64,000 nt of DNA from an uncultured Actinomycetes bacterium (GCA_963764225.1 CAVXRL010000008.1:126362-190361); one strand, 5' to 3'; positions 23,430 to 34,779 are shown, numbered from the stretch's first letter. Numbers and translations are program-made. Notes: generated from the letters alone by a model not told the origin.

Positions 23430-24100
23430 ATGAACCTCGACTCCCCCACGCCCCACCTCCCCAGGGGGGCCGGCGGCCCGCCGCGGCGGGCCGCCGGCCG
23501 GGACCCGGGACCGGTCGCACTCGTGCTCGAGCCCGATCCGCTCGTCCGCCTCCTCGTGCTTCCCGCGGTGGCGGCGCTGGGGTTCCGCCCGGTCTCCGTG
23601 CGCGGGGCCGGGGGCGAGGACGATCGGGTGGGCGCCGTGTTCGTCGCGCTGGAGGGCCTGGCGGACTGCCGGCGCGCGCGCGAGGAGGCGGCAGCGGCCT
23701 CCGGCGCCCGTCTGGAGCGCGCGGCTTCGATCAGCGCCCCAGGTCCTTCGCGCGCCGTCCTGCCTCCGCTGGTCGTCGGCTACGGCCCCTGTTCGGAGCT
23801 TCTGCTCTCGGCGCACCGCGCGCACGGCTGTTGCGACCTGGTCGTGCGGCTAGATGCGCCGGCCGGACTCCCACGGCTGCTTCACCTGCCGCCCCGAGAC
23901 GCCGCGGCCAGGGCGGGACTCTCGCCCCGCGAGGCCGACGTGCTGGTGCTGCTGCTGCGCGGCCTCACCACGCGGGCGCTGGCCGCGCGGCTCTGCGTGT
24001 CGGAGAGCACGGCCCGCAGCCACTGCCGCGCCGTGCTGCGCAAGCTCGGGTTCCGGGACCGCCGGGCGCTGCGCAGCGCCTCGCCCGGCGGCGGGTCTCA
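23430..24100 (+). CDS. LuxR-family transcriptional regulator with a degenerate receiver-like N-terminal region and a C-terminal HTH. The 3' end is uncertain (no in-frame stop, probably a frameshift, and it overlaps a convergent gene).
   Basis: LSPREADVLVLLLRGLTTRALAARLCVSESTARSHCRAVLRKLGF is a LuxR HTH signature. The upstream intergenic region carries direct repeats. Confidence 0.45.
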
Positions 24101-24170
24101 GGCTCGTACCCCCGGCCGCCGTGAGCTTCGCCGGCGGGTGCGCCGCGCCGGCGCGGTGGCCCGCGGCGGC

Positions 24171-25476
<1,306 letters not shown>

Positions 25477-25563
25477 CGTTCTCCTCGTGGCGGGCGCGCG
25501 CACGTGCGCTACCCCGGGTCATTGTAGCGGCAACGCGAGAGCGGGAGCGGGGTGCGGGAGGGG

Positions 25564-27090
25564 CTACTGCCGGATGATGACCGGCATGCCGATCACGACG
25601 TACTCGTACAGTTGCTCGACTTCCCAGATGTGCATGCGGACGCACCCGTGGGAGGCGTAGGAGCCGACGGAGGCGTCGTCCGGCGTGCCGTGGATGCCGA
25701 CGCCCGGGGCGCTGGTGCCGATCCAGCGGGTGCCGAGCGGGTTGTCGACGCCCGGCGGGATGGGCTTGGCGTCCTTGGCCCAGTCGGAGTTGGGCGGGTA
25801 CCACGTGGGGTTCATCAGCTTGGACGTGACCACGAAGGAACCGGTGGGCGTGGGGTACTTGGCCTGGCCGGTGGCGACGGAGTAGCTCTTGATGAGCTTG
25901 CCGCCGCGGTACAGATACAGCTTGAGGTCGCCGACGTCGACGACGATCTGCCCGCTGAGCGCGTTGAGCACGTCGCCGCCGACGATGCCGTCGACCTCGA
26001 GCCCGTACTGGGCCTGCAGCCTGCGCACGGCCTTCTCGGTGTCGGCGTCGTAGAAGCCGGACTTCTTGCCCGAGTAGACACCCGCGTCGTCGAGCTTGCC
26101 CTGGAGCTCCCGGACGTCCTTGCCGCGGGCGCCCGGCCAGAGCGTGGCCGAGCCGAAGCGCTCGGTGCTGTCGACGACGAAGGACTGCTTGCGAGTGACG
26201 ACGTTGCCGCCCTTGTCCTCCACGGAGACGATGACGGTGTGCTTGCCCTGGGCGAGGTGGTCGGCGGAGTACCTTGCCTTCGAGGCGGGTCCGTCGAGTT
26301 CCCGCTCCTCGCCGTCCAGGACGAGCTTGACGGCCGGCACGCCGAGCTGGTCGGTGGCCTTGACCCGCACCGTGAAGCGGGGCTTGTGCAGGGTCTTGTC
26401 GAGCTGGGTCATCTTGAGCACGGGCGCCTGCGCGTCGACGTACACGGTGAGCCGCCGGGCCCGCGTGTTGCCGGCGCGGTCGGAGGTGGTGATGACCACC
26501 TGCGACTCGCCGGGCGGCAGGTCGGCGGTGATCGAGTACTTGCCGTCCGCGTCGGCCTCGCCGCTCGCCTTGACGTCGCCTGCCGTGACGGTGACCTTGG
26601 CCGAGGGCTCGGTCTCGCCGCTGATGACGGCCGGATCGGTGTTGATGCGCCCCTCTGCGACGTCGGTGGCCAACTCGAGGGTGGGCACGCTCGTGTCGAC
26701 CGTGAAGTGCCAGCCTTTGCTCACGTCGCGGCGGAACAGGTTGGAGCTGGTGGCGTCGAAAGAGACGGAGTGCTTGCCGTCTGAGAGGCTGCCGGTGGTG
26801 ATGGTGAGCGTGTCGCCCTCGCGCCGGGCGGCGGCGGTGACGTCCTCGCCGTCCAGCGTGACCGTGACGTCCTTGAGCGCGCTCAGCCCGTGCACGTCGA
26901 GCACGAGCGAGGTCGATGAATCCTTGACGTAGGCGTCGGGGCCCGGGGTGACCGCCGACACGCGCGGCACGCCGTAGAGCTGCCACCCGAGGACGGCCGA
27001 GAACGCACAAACCGCCGCGATGACGATGTATGGCCAGCGGCGGCGGCGAGGGCGTTCGCTCTTATAGACGTGGTAGCGCGCGTCCGGCAC
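25564..27090 (-). CDS. L,D-transpeptidase (YkuD) with Ig-like/Big domains and a PG-binding domain.
   Basis: The C-terminus …GIHGTPDDASVGSYASHGCVRMHIWEVEQLYE is the LDT catalytic HxxxxxxSHGC motif. A PG_binding_1-like LQAQYGLEVDGIVGGDVLNAL lies upstream. Confidence 0.85.
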   Translation of the reverse strand: MPDARYHVYKSERPRRRRWPYIVIAAVCAFSAVLGWQLYGVPRVSAVTPGPDAYVKDSSTSLVLDVHGLSALKDVTVTLDGEDVTAAARREGDTLTITTGSLSDGKHSVSFDATSSNLFRRDVSKGWHFTVDTSVPTLELATDVAEGRINTDPAVISGETEPSAKVTVTAGDVKASGEADADGKYSITADLPPGESQVVITTSDRAGNTRARRLTVYVDAQAPVLKMTQLDKTLHKPRFTVRVKATDQLGVPAVKLVLDGEERELDGPASKARYSADHLAQGKHTVIVSVEDKGGNVVTRKQSFVVDSTERFGSATLWPGARGKDVRELQGKLDDAGVYSGKKSGFYDADTEKAVRRLQAQYGLEVDGIVGGDVLNALSGQIVVDVGDLKLYLYRGGKLIKSYSVATGQAKYPTPTGSFVVTSKLMNPTWYPPNSDWAKDAKPIPPGVDNPLGTRWIGTSAPGVGIHGTPDDASVGSYASHGCVRMHIWEVEQLYEYVVIGMPVIIRQ

Positions 27091-27217
27091 TGGCCCCTGC
27101 TTGGACTTCCTCGACTTCTTGGACGAAACTGCTCCGCATTATAGCAGGAGCCTTCGGCATTCTGGTCGTTTTGCATAAGCGTTGCCATGGGACGATCGTC
27201 CGACTAAGGTCCGAGGA

Positions 27218-27989
27218 ATGGATGGCTCCCTGGAAGACCTCTTCGCGGATGTGGCTGCCGGCCGTCTCTCCGCAATCCGAAGGCGCCGACCGCGTCCGCC
27301 GGCTCGGCCTCACGGCGGTCGGCGATTTCGCCTGCCTGGACGTCACGCGCGCGGCGCGCAAGGGCGTGCCCGAGGTCGTCTTCGCCGAGGGCAAGACGGT
27401 CGCGCAGGTGGTGGCCATCGCGCGACGGTTCCTGGAGCACGACCCCGTCGTGCTCTGCAGTCGCGTGAGCGAGGAGCAGGCAGCCGCGCTGGCCGCCGAG
27501 GTGGACGGCGCGGTGGAGCACGACCCGCGCAGCCGCGTCGTGGTCGCGCGCCGCGCCGGCGCCGAGAGGCGCGAGGAGCGCGGCGCCGTCGGCGTCCTGG
27601 CCGCAGGGACCAGCGACGTGGCCGTCGCCGCCGAGGCGGTGGCGATGATCCGCGCCATGGACGTCAGAGCGCTCACCGCGTTCGACGTGGGCGTGGCCGG
27701 GCTGCACCGCCTCTCCGGACCGCTCAACGAGATGCACGAGGCGGGCGTGGGAGCCCTGGTCGTCGCCGCCGGCATGGAGGGAGCGCTGCCCTCGGTGGTC
27801 GCCGGCCTCGCGGCCGTGCCGGTCATCGGCCTGCCCACCTCCACCGGGTACGGGTTCGGCGGGCGCGGGGAAGCCGCGCTCATGGGCATGCTGCAGAGCT
27901 GCAGCCCCGGCCTCGCCGTGGTGAACATCGACAACGGCATCGGCGCGGGCGCCACCGCCGCGCTCATCGCCCGCGCCGCCGCGTCGTGA
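27218..27989 (+). CDS. LarB / PurE-like (AIR carboxylase-related) nickel-pincer cofactor biosynthesis-type protein, with an apparent frameshift near ~27270.
   Basis: MDGSLEDLFADVAAGRLS… changes frame to …GLTAVGDFACLDVTRAARKGVPEVVFAEGKT…VLAAGTSDVAVAAEA…VPVIGLPTSTGYGFGG… These LarB/PurE-fold motifs are recognised from memory of the family. Confidence 0.6.
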
Positions 27990-28435
27990 CCAGCGTCCCC
28001 TTCATCCTCCGGGACCACCGCGAGGAGCTCTGGCGGCGGTGGGCCGGCAGCATGGGCGACGAGGTCGCGGCCGACTACCGGGAGATCATGGCGAGCCCGC
28101 TGGGGGAGCGGTACGTGCGCGCCTTCATCGACGACCTCATCGCCTGGAGCGAGGCCGAGGAGTACGAGGCGCCCAGGGTGCTCCGCCAGGCCTGCGAGCG
28201 CGTGGCGGCCGACGCCGCCAACCGCCTCGCCCTGGGCTTCACGGCGCTCGACATCGCGACCGCCCTGCAGGCGCTCCACGGCGCCGTGGTGGACGTGCTG
28301 ATCGACGCGCTCGTGCTCGGCGAGCTGCCCTCGTTCGCCGACACGCTCGAGCAGATCAAGGCCTGCGCCCGCTTCATCGACCGCCTCGTGGTCGCCGTGC
28401 TGGCGGCCCCGCCGGCGTCCGGCGAGCAGTACTGA
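27986..28435 (+). CDS. Hypothetical protein, possibly an RsbRD-N-like sensory domain.
   Basis: GTG start overlapping the upstream stop (GTGA). A 149-aa alpha-helical protein with no catalytic motifs. The assignment is tentative. Confidence 0.35.
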   Translation: MTSVPFILRDHREELWRRWAGSMGDEVAADYREIMASPLGERYVRAFIDDLIAWSEAEEYEAPRVLRQACERVAADAANRLALGFTALDIATALQALHGAVVDVLIDALVLGELPSFADTLEQIKACARFIDRLVVAVLAAPPASGEQY

Positions 28436-28490
28436 GCGCCGGCCGGGGACGGGGTTGCGCCCGTCCGGGGCCGGCAGTAGGGTCGCTGGC

Positions 28491-29561
28491 ATGCTGAGGC
28501 TGGCACTCATCTTCGGTGGGCGCTCCGCGGAGCACGACATCTCCCTCGCCTCGGCCCGCTTCGTCTCCTCCATGCTGGACCGGGACGAGTACGACGTCAT
28601 CCCGGTCGGCATCACGCCGGCAGGCCGCTGGGTCGTGCCGGCGGACTTCGACGCCGCGACCGCCGAGGGACTGGACGCCGTGGCTTGCCGGGCCGCGCAC
28701 CTGGTCGCCGACCCCACGCGGCCCGGCCTCGAGCTCGACGACGGCTCCTTCCACCCGCTCGACTTCGCCTTCCCCATCATGCACGGCACGTTCGCCGAGG
28801 ACGGCACCATCCAGGGGCTCCTGGAGATGGCCGGCGTCGCCTACGCGGGGTCGGGCGTGCTGGGCAGTTCGGTCGGCATGGACAAGGAGCTCATGAAGGC
28901 CGTGTTCGCCACTGCCGGCCTGCCGCAGATGGACTACCTGGCGCTGCGCGACGGCGAGGCCACGGGCCCGCGCGCCGTCGCCGCCGTCGAGGAGCGCCTC
29001 GACTACCCGGTGTTCGTCAAGCCCGCCAACCTGGGCTCGAGCGTGGGCATGACCAAGGCTCACGACCGCGCGGAGCTGGTGGAGGCCTTCGCGCTCGCCT
29101 CGACCTACGACCGCAAGACGATCGTCGAGGCGACCTGTGACGGCCGGGAGCTCGAGTGCAGCCTGCTCGGCAACGCCGACGTGCGCGCGTCGGTCCCCGG
29201 CGAGGTCATCCCGGCCAACGAGTTCTACGACTACGAGGCCAAGTACACCGAGGGCATGATGGCGTTCAAGATCCCGGCCGACGTGCGCGAGGAGCACCTG
29301 CGCACGGTGCAGGAACTGGCCGTGGCGGCCTTCAAGGCCATCGACGCCAGCGGGTTCTCGCGCTGTGACTTCTTCCTCGAGACGGCCACCGACCGGGTGA
29401 TCCTCAACGAGATCAACACCATCCCGGGCATGACCGCGATGAGCGGGTTCCCCCGCCTGTGGGCGGCGTCCGGGGTGGACGGCAAGGCGCTCATCGAGGA
29501 GATCGTGCAGCTGGGGCTCGAGCGCCACGAGCGTCTCGCCCGCCTCAAGATGGCGCGCTGA
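28491..29561 (+). CDS. ddl: D-alanine--D-alanine ligase.
   Basis: MLRLALIFGGRSAEHDISLASA…IMHGTFAEDGTIQGLLEMAGVAYAGSGVL…VFVKPANLGSSVGM…EINTIPGMT. Confidence 0.9.
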   Translation: MLRLALIFGGRSAEHDISLASARFVSSMLDRDEYDVIPVGITPAGRWVVPADFDAATAEGLDAVACRAAHLVADPTRPGLELDDGSFHPLDFAFPIMHGTFAEDGTIQGLLEMAGVAYAGSGVLGSSVGMDKELMKAVFATAGLPQMDYLALRDGEATGPRAVAAVEERLDYPVFVKPANLGSSVGMTKAHDRAELVEAFALASTYDRKTIVEATCDGRELECSLLGNADVRASVPGEVIPANEFYDYEAKYTEGMMAFKIPADVREEHLRTVQELAVAAFKAIDASGFSRCDFFLETATDRVILNEINTIPGMTAMSGFPRLWAASGVDGKALIEEIVQLGLERHERLARLKMAR

Positions 29562-29594
29562 CGGGCCGCGGCCGGCGCGCCGCCCCTCTCGGCC

Positions 29595-30011
29595 TCACTC
29601 CGCCGTGTTGGTGCGCACCGGGTGCGTGGTCCGCTCCACCCAGTCCTTGAGCTGCGGGACCATGCCGAGGTAGCGGAACGCGTAGGTCTCGGCGGTCGTC
29701 GTGCTCGTCACCGTGACCACCGTGCCGCCCCCCGATGACCGCGCGACCGAGAACTTGACGATCTCCAGCCCGCCCTTGGCGGCGCGCTCCTCCGCCGCGG
29801 CCTTGGCGGCTGCGACGTTGGTCGTCTGGGCGTACTCGGTGAGGCCCGCCTGGGCAGCGTCGCCGGAGCCGTCACCCGCGGTCTGGTAGGCGTTGAAGAC
29901 GGCCATGCCGTCGAGGATGACCACCGAGATGACGGCCAGGATGAGGACCATCCAGACGAGACCCCGGATGAAGCCGTCCTGGTTGCGCAGACGAGAGCGT
30001 CGCGACACCAC
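29595..30011 (-). CDS. Hypothetical small membrane-anchored protein.
   Basis: A single N-terminal TM helix (GLVWMVLILAVISVVIL) with no recognisable motif. Confidence 0.35.
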   Translation of the reverse strand: MVSRRSRLRNQDGFIRGLVWMVLILAVISVVILDGMAVFNAYQTAGDGSGDAAQAGLTEYAQTTNVAAAKAAAEERAAKGGLEIVKFSVARSSGGGTVVTVTSTTTAETYAFRYLGMVPQLKDWVERTTHPVRTNTAE

Positions 30012-30070
30012 TTTCCCCCTTTGTCCGCCCAGCCGATATCCACCTGTATCGGCGCAAGGGCCCGAGTAGT

Positions 30071-30880
30071 TTACTCCAGCGGGCCGGTGAGGCGGATGCA
30101 GAGGACGGCGACGTCGTCGCCGGGCGGGCGCGCGGAGAATCGCTCGCCGGCCCGCACCAGCTCCGCGACGACCTCGGCGGCCGTGCCCCCGGAGCAGGCC
30201 TGGAGCACGTCGCCCATGGCCCCCTCGAAGAACCGGCCGTCCGCGTCGCGCAGCTCCGTGACGCCGTCGGTGAAGACGACGATGAAGTCGCCCTCGGCCA
30301 GCTGGAGGATCTCGGTCGGGTACGGCTCGAGGGCCGCGTCGAGCTCGATCCCGATGGCCGGTTCCGTCATGAGCAGCGGCCGTTCGACCCCGCCCGCGGC
30401 GCGCACGAGGAACGGCGTGGGGTGGCCGGCGGAGGCCAGCTGCAGCAGCCCCGTCCGGGGGTTCAGCTGGCCGAACAGCACGGTGACGAACCGTTCGGTG
30501 TCGGGGTCGAAGTCGGGCTGCTCGAGCAGCCCGTTCCGGAGCTCCTGGAGAGCCTCGCCGGGGCGCGTCGGCCAGGAGAGCTGGCCGCCGTGGACGGCGG
30601 CGCGCAGCATGAACTTGGTGACGAAGGTGGTCGCCATGGCGTCCACGCCCTTGCCGGCCACGTCGCCGATGGCGAACGCGAAGCTGGGGGACGGCGGGCG
30701 CGTGTAGTAGTCCACGAAGTCCCCGCCGCTGAGCACGCCGGTGCTCGCGGAGCGGTAGGTGAAGGCGATGTCGAGCCCCGGGAGCTGCGGCGGGCCGCCC
30801 GGCAACAGGCGCCGCTGCAGGCGCTCGGCGACGTCTGCGAGCGTCTCGAGCGGGTCTCGTGGAGTGGCGGCCGGCGTCAT
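30071..30880 (-). CDS. PP2C-family (SpoIIE/RsbU-like) serine/threonine phosphatase.
   Basis: …GGDFVDYY…FAIGDVAGKGVDAMATT…VTVLFGQLNP…VFTDGVTE… PP2C metal-binding motifs. The ATG overlaps the upstream gene stop (ATGA). Confidence 0.75.
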   Translation of the reverse strand: MTPAATPRDPLETLADVAERLQRRLLPGGPPQLPGLDIAFTYRSASTGVLSGGDFVDYYTRPPSPSFAFAIGDVAGKGVDAMATTFVTKFMLRAAVHGGQLSWPTRPGEALQELRNGLLEQPDFDPDTERFVTVLFGQLNPRTGLLQLASAGHPTPFLVRAAGGVERPLLMTEPAIGIELDAALEPYPTEILQLAEGDFIVVFTDGVTELRDADGRFFEGAMGDVLQACSGGTAAEVVAELVRAGERFSARPPGDDVAVLCIRLTGPLE

Positions 30881-31419
30881 CGGCGCCTGCCCGCCGTGCT
30901 CCAGAGCACCAGCGCCTGGACGGCGAGCGCGCCGAGGGCGAGGATCAGGACCAGGTCGAGCGGCAGGCCGAGCACGCTGACGAGGAGCGCGAAGGCGAAC
31001 GCCCAGAGCAGCGCCCCGGGCAGCACGCGCCAGACGAGGCGCCGCCGGAAGCTCAGCAACAGCAGCCGGCGGCGCATCCCGCTGCCCCGCGCGTTGTCGT
31101 CGAGGTAGCTCGAGCCGCGGGTGTGCAGCGTGCCGGTGAGGTCGCGGCCGTCCGTCGTGAACAGGCGGCACTCGAGCGGCAGCCCGACGCGCTGGCGGAG
31201 CAGCGCGTTCTGAGCGCGCGCGAAGTACTCGATCAGCGAGAAGAAGCGGTCGTCGGCGGAGAGCCTCGGGCTCACCACGCGGACGTCGAGGTAGAGGCGG
31301 TCCTCGTCGGGGTCGTACACGATCTGGCTCCGCCAGCCGCGGCGGCTGAAGAAGTTGCCCAGGAACCTGTCGAGGTCCCCGGGGATGCTGTCGACGTCCG
31401 GTCGCTCCATCACGCCCAT
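30877..31419 (-). CDS. Hypothetical membrane protein translationally coupled to the PP2C phosphatase.
   Basis: Soluble N-terminal ~110 aa plus two C-terminal TM helices (LPGALLWAFAFALLVSVLGLPLDLVLILALGALAVQALVLW). Confidence 0.4.
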   Translation of the reverse strand: MGVMERPDVDSIPGDLDRFLGNFFSRRGWRSQIVYDPDEDRLYLDVRVVSPRLSADDRFFSLIEYFARAQNALLRQRVGLPLECRLFTTDGRDLTGTLHTRGSSYLDDNARGSGMRRRLLLLSFRRRLVWRVLPGALLWAFAFALLVSVLGLPLDLVLILALGALAVQALVLWSTAGRRR

Positions 31420-31598
31420 GCCTCGATTCTACCCATCCTCCTGTTCATCGGCAGCAGCCGGGCGGAGTGGAGTCCGTCCGAGGAGGCGGTGCACCCGCGG
31501 AGCCCCGCCCGCCGGCTCGCCTCGGGGAGTCAGTGCGATACAATCGTCGACTTGGTGGGGCGGCCCCGGCCGCGCGAAGCGAACGTACAGGAGCTCCC

Positions 31599-32864
31599 GT
31601 GAAGATCGCAGTGATCGGCCTGGGCTACGTCGGCCTCCCGCTGGCGATGGTGTTCGCCGAGTCCGGCGTCGAGGTGGTCGGCGTCGAGGCGGTCGCCTCC
31701 CGCTGCGACGAGATCAACGCCGGCCGCAGCTACATCCAGGACGTCCACAGCGACGCCCTCAAGGTCGTGGTCGACAAGGGTCTCCTCCACGCGACCACCG
31801 ACTACGCGGCCACGGAGGACTGCGACGCGGACATCATCTGCCTGCCGACGCCGCTCAACGCCAATCGGGAGCCGGACCTGACGCTGGTCAAGGACGCGAC
31901 GGCGAAGCTGGCCGGCCACCTGCGGCGCGGCCAGCTGGTCACCCTCGAGAGCACCACGTACCCCGGCACCACGCGCGACGAGCTGGCGCCGATCCTCGAG
32001 GCCGGCTCGGGCATGACCGCCGGCGTCGACTTCCACCTCGCCTTCTCGCCGGAGCGCGTCGATCCCGGCCGCACCGATTACACCACCAAGAGCACGCCCA
32101 AGGTCGTCGGCGGCCTCACGCCGGCCTGCTCGGCGCGGGCAATGGAGGTCTACGGGCCCGCGCTCGACCACGTCGTGCCCGTCAGCACGCCCGAGGTCGC
32201 GGAGATGACCAAGCTGCTCGAGAACATCTTCCGCAGCGTCAACATCGCGCTCATGAACGAGCTCGCGATGCTCTGCGACCGCATGAAGATCGACGTGTGG
32301 GAGGTCATCGACGCCGCGGCCACCAAGCCCTTCGGGTTCATGAAGTTCCAGCCCGGCCCCGGTCTCGGCGGCCACTGCATCCCCATCGACCCGTTCTACC
32401 TGAGCTGGAAGGCCCGCGAGTTCGACTTCTGGACGGAGTTCATCGAGCTGGCCGGCAAGGTCAACGAGAACATGCCGTACTTCTGCGTCGAGAAGCTCCA
32501 CCGCGCGCTCAACTCGCGGGGCAAGAGCCTGAGCGGCGCCAAGGTCCTGGTGCTCGGCGTCGCCTACAAGGCCGACATCGACGACCTGCGCGAGAGCCCG
32601 GCGCTCAAGGTGATCAGGCTCCTCCGCGCTCACGGCGCCGACGTCGCCTACCACGACACCTACTGCCCCGAGCTGCCCGAGTTCGGGCTCAGCTCGGTGC
32701 CGCTCGACGACCACCGCCCGCTCGCCGCCTACGACTGCGTGGCGATCGTGACGGCGCACTCCAACGTCGACTACCGCTCCGTGGTCCACGACGCGGACCT
32801 CGTGGTCGACTTCCGCAACGCCACGGCCGGGATCCCGAGCACGGCCAACGTCTGGAAACTGTAA
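31599..32864 (+). CDS. UDP-sugar/nucleotide-sugar 6-dehydrogenase (WbpA/WecC-like).
   Basis: GTG start after CAGGAG. VKIAVIGLGYVGLPLAMVFAESG…GGHCIPIDPFYL (catalytic Cys motif). Confidence 0.85.
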   Translation: MKIAVIGLGYVGLPLAMVFAESGVEVVGVEAVASRCDEINAGRSYIQDVHSDALKVVVDKGLLHATTDYAATEDCDADIICLPTPLNANREPDLTLVKDATAKLAGHLRRGQLVTLESTTYPGTTRDELAPILEAGSGMTAGVDFHLAFSPERVDPGRTDYTTKSTPKVVGGLTPACSARAMEVYGPALDHVVPVSTPEVAEMTKLLENIFRSVNIALMNELAMLCDRMKIDVWEVIDAAATKPFGFMKFQPGPGLGGHCIPIDPFYLSWKAREFDFWTEFIELAGKVNENMPYFCVEKLHRALNSRGKSLSGAKVLVLGVAYKADIDDLRESPALKVIRLLRAHGADVAYHDTYCPELPEFGLSSVPLDDHRPLAAYDCVAIVTAHSNVDYRSVVHDADLVVDFRNATAGIPSTANVWKL

Positions 32865-32880
32865 GAGGGGAGACCCGCTC

Positions 32881-33906
32881 GTGACTGACAAGGTCCGCGT
32901 CGGCGTGGTCGGGCTCGGCTATTGGGGCCCCAACCTCGCCCGCAACTTCGACCGTCTGCCCGGCGCCGAGCTCGCGTACTGCTGCGACCTCGACGCAGGC
33001 AATCTGCAGAAGGCCCACAGCCTGTATCCGAACGCCGCGGTCACCGACGACTACGCCCAGCTGCTGGCCGACGACGGCCTCGACGCCGTGGTCGTCGCCA
33101 CCTCGGTGCCCACGCACTACAGGCTCGGCAAGCTGGCCATCGAGGCCGGCAAGCACACGTTCGTCGAGAAGCCCATCGCCCTCAAGGCGGCCGACGCGCA
33201 GGACCTGCTCGACACGGCCGAGGAGTACGGCGTCAAGCTCATGGTCGGCCACCTGCTGGAGTACCACCCGGCGGTGGCCAAGATGAAGGAGCTCATCGAC
33301 GGCGGCGAGCTGGGCAAGATCTTCTACGCCTACGCCAACCGCCTCAATCTCGGCAAGGTGCGCACCGACGAGAACGCGCTCTGGAGCTTCGGCCCGCACG
33401 ACATCTCGGTGCTCAACTACCTCACCGGTGACGAGCCGGTCGAGGTCAGCGCCCGCGGCGAGTGCTACCTGCAGGACGACGTCGAGGACGTGGTGTTCGG
33501 CTACATCAAGTACAAGAGCGGCGTCGTCGGTCACCTGCACGTGAGCTGGCTCGACCCGCACAAGAGCCGCAAGATCACCGTGGTCGGCGAGAAGAAGATG
33601 GTGGTGTTCGACGACATGGAGTCCGAGCGCAAGATCACCGTCTACGACAAGGGCGCAACCACGACGCGCACCAAGTTCGAGACCTACGGCGAGTTCGTCA
33701 CCCTGCACTTCGGCGACATCCACATCCCCAAGATCGGCAACGACGAGCCTCTGCGGCTCGAGTGCCAGCACTTCGTCGACTGCATCAACGACGACGCGAC
33801 CCCGCGCAGCGACGGCCGCGACGCGCTCAACGTCGTCAAGGTGCTCGACGCCATGGAGGTCAGCCTGCGCGAGGGCGGCCGCCCGGTGAAGACCTCGGAG
33901 CTGTGA
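32881..33906 (+). CDS. Gfo/Idh/MocA-family oxidoreductase (WbpB-like).
   Basis: VRVGVVGLGYWGPNLARNF… is the Rossmann motif. …EKPIALK… places it in the MocA family. Confidence 0.85.
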   Translation: MTDKVRVGVVGLGYWGPNLARNFDRLPGAELAYCCDLDAGNLQKAHSLYPNAAVTDDYAQLLADDGLDAVVVATSVPTHYRLGKLAIEAGKHTFVEKPIALKAADAQDLLDTAEEYGVKLMVGHLLEYHPAVAKMKELIDGGELGKIFYAYANRLNLGKVRTDENALWSFGPHDISVLNYLTGDEPVEVSARGECYLQDDVEDVVFGYIKYKSGVVGHLHVSWLDPHKSRKITVVGEKKMVVFDDMESERKITVYDKGATTTRTKFETYGEFVTLHFGDIHIPKIGNDEPLRLECQHFVDCINDDATPRSDGRDALNVVKVLDAMEVSLREGGRPVKTSEL

Positions 33907-33908
33907 GC

Positions 33909-34622
33909 ATGGCCCTGCACGGCAGCAGCCTGGGCCACAACCTGCTCCTCGGCGACGGCGTCGTCGTCGGCGAGGACGTCGTGTTCGGCGCCAACGTCGT
34001 CGTCTACGAAGACACCGTCATCGGCGACGGCTGCTTCGTCCAGGACGGCGCGGTGCTCGGCAAGGTGCCGAGCCTCTCGCCGACCAGCACCGCCAGGCGC
34101 GGCGAGCTCGCGCCGCTGGTGCTCGGCCCCGGCTGCGTGGTCAGCACCGGGGCGGTCGTCTACCGCGGCACGACGCTCGGCCCGGGCTGCATCCTCGGCG
34201 ACTACGCCGGCGTGCGCGAGCGCTGCACGCTGGGCGAGAAGGTCGTCGTCGGGCGCGGCAGCGTGGTCGAGAACGACACGGTGATCGGCGACTTCACCAA
34301 GATCCAGACCAACGTGTACATCACCGCGTACATGACGATCGAGGACCGCTGCTTCATCGCGCCGTGCGTGCAGACCACCAACGACAACTTCATGGGCCGC
34401 ACCGAGAAGCGCCACGAGCTCATCAAGGGCGCGACCATCCGCCGCGGCGCCCGCGTCGGCGGCGGCGTCGTGCTCTGCCCCGCCATCGAGATCGGCGCCG
34501 AGGCGTTCATCGCCGCCGGCGCCGTGGTCACCAAAGACGCGCCGGCCGGCAAGGTGCTCATGGGCGTGCCGGCGCGGGTCGTGCGCGACGTCTACGAGGA
34601 CGAGCTGCTCGAGAACCAGTAG
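33909..34622 (+). CDS. Left-handed beta-helix (hexapeptide-repeat) acyl/acetyltransferase (WbpD-like).
   Basis: Repeated [LIV]GxxxxIxxxxxI hexapeptides (…VIGDGCFVQDGAVLG…VVGRGSVVENDTVIGDFTKI…). Confidence 0.8.
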   Translation: MALHGSSLGHNLLLGDGVVVGEDVVFGANVVVYEDTVIGDGCFVQDGAVLGKVPSLSPTSTARRGELAPLVLGPGCVVSTGAVVYRGTTLGPGCILGDYAGVRERCTLGEKVVVGRGSVVENDTVIGDFTKIQTNVYITAYMTIEDRCFIAPCVQTTNDNFMGRTEKRHELIKGATIRRGARVGGGVVLCPAIEIGAEAFIAAGAVVTKDAPAGKVLMGVPARVVRDVYEDELLENQ

Positions 34623-34779
34623 ACGGCGCGCCTCCGGCCACGCCGGCCCATCCCCCTGGCGGTGAGCGGCGCCCGCGGCGGCCCGCCGCGTGAAGTCAGT
34701 CCGCCCGCCCCGACGGCCGGGCGGCTCGCCGTGTGCGCACGGCCGTGAACATCCCCAGGGAGCGCACAGTCCGCCCGCG

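Noticed and set aside
27218-27989. Whether the PurE-like gene is a second purE/purK (N5-CAIR) gene.
   Set aside because: The domain order and motifs (N-terminal helical extension, …VFAEGKT…, C-terminal GLPTSTGYGFGG) fit the LarB-type circular permutant better than PurE. The real purE is at 58055..58504. No larC/larE was seen, so function remains tentative.
28491-29561. An ATP-grasp ligase that could be mistaken for PylC, given the Pyl finding.
   Set aside because: The sequence has all canonical D-Ala-D-Ala ligase motifs (IFGGRSAEHDISL…HGxxGEDGTIQGLLE…VFVKPANLGSSVGM). It is an ordinary ddl.
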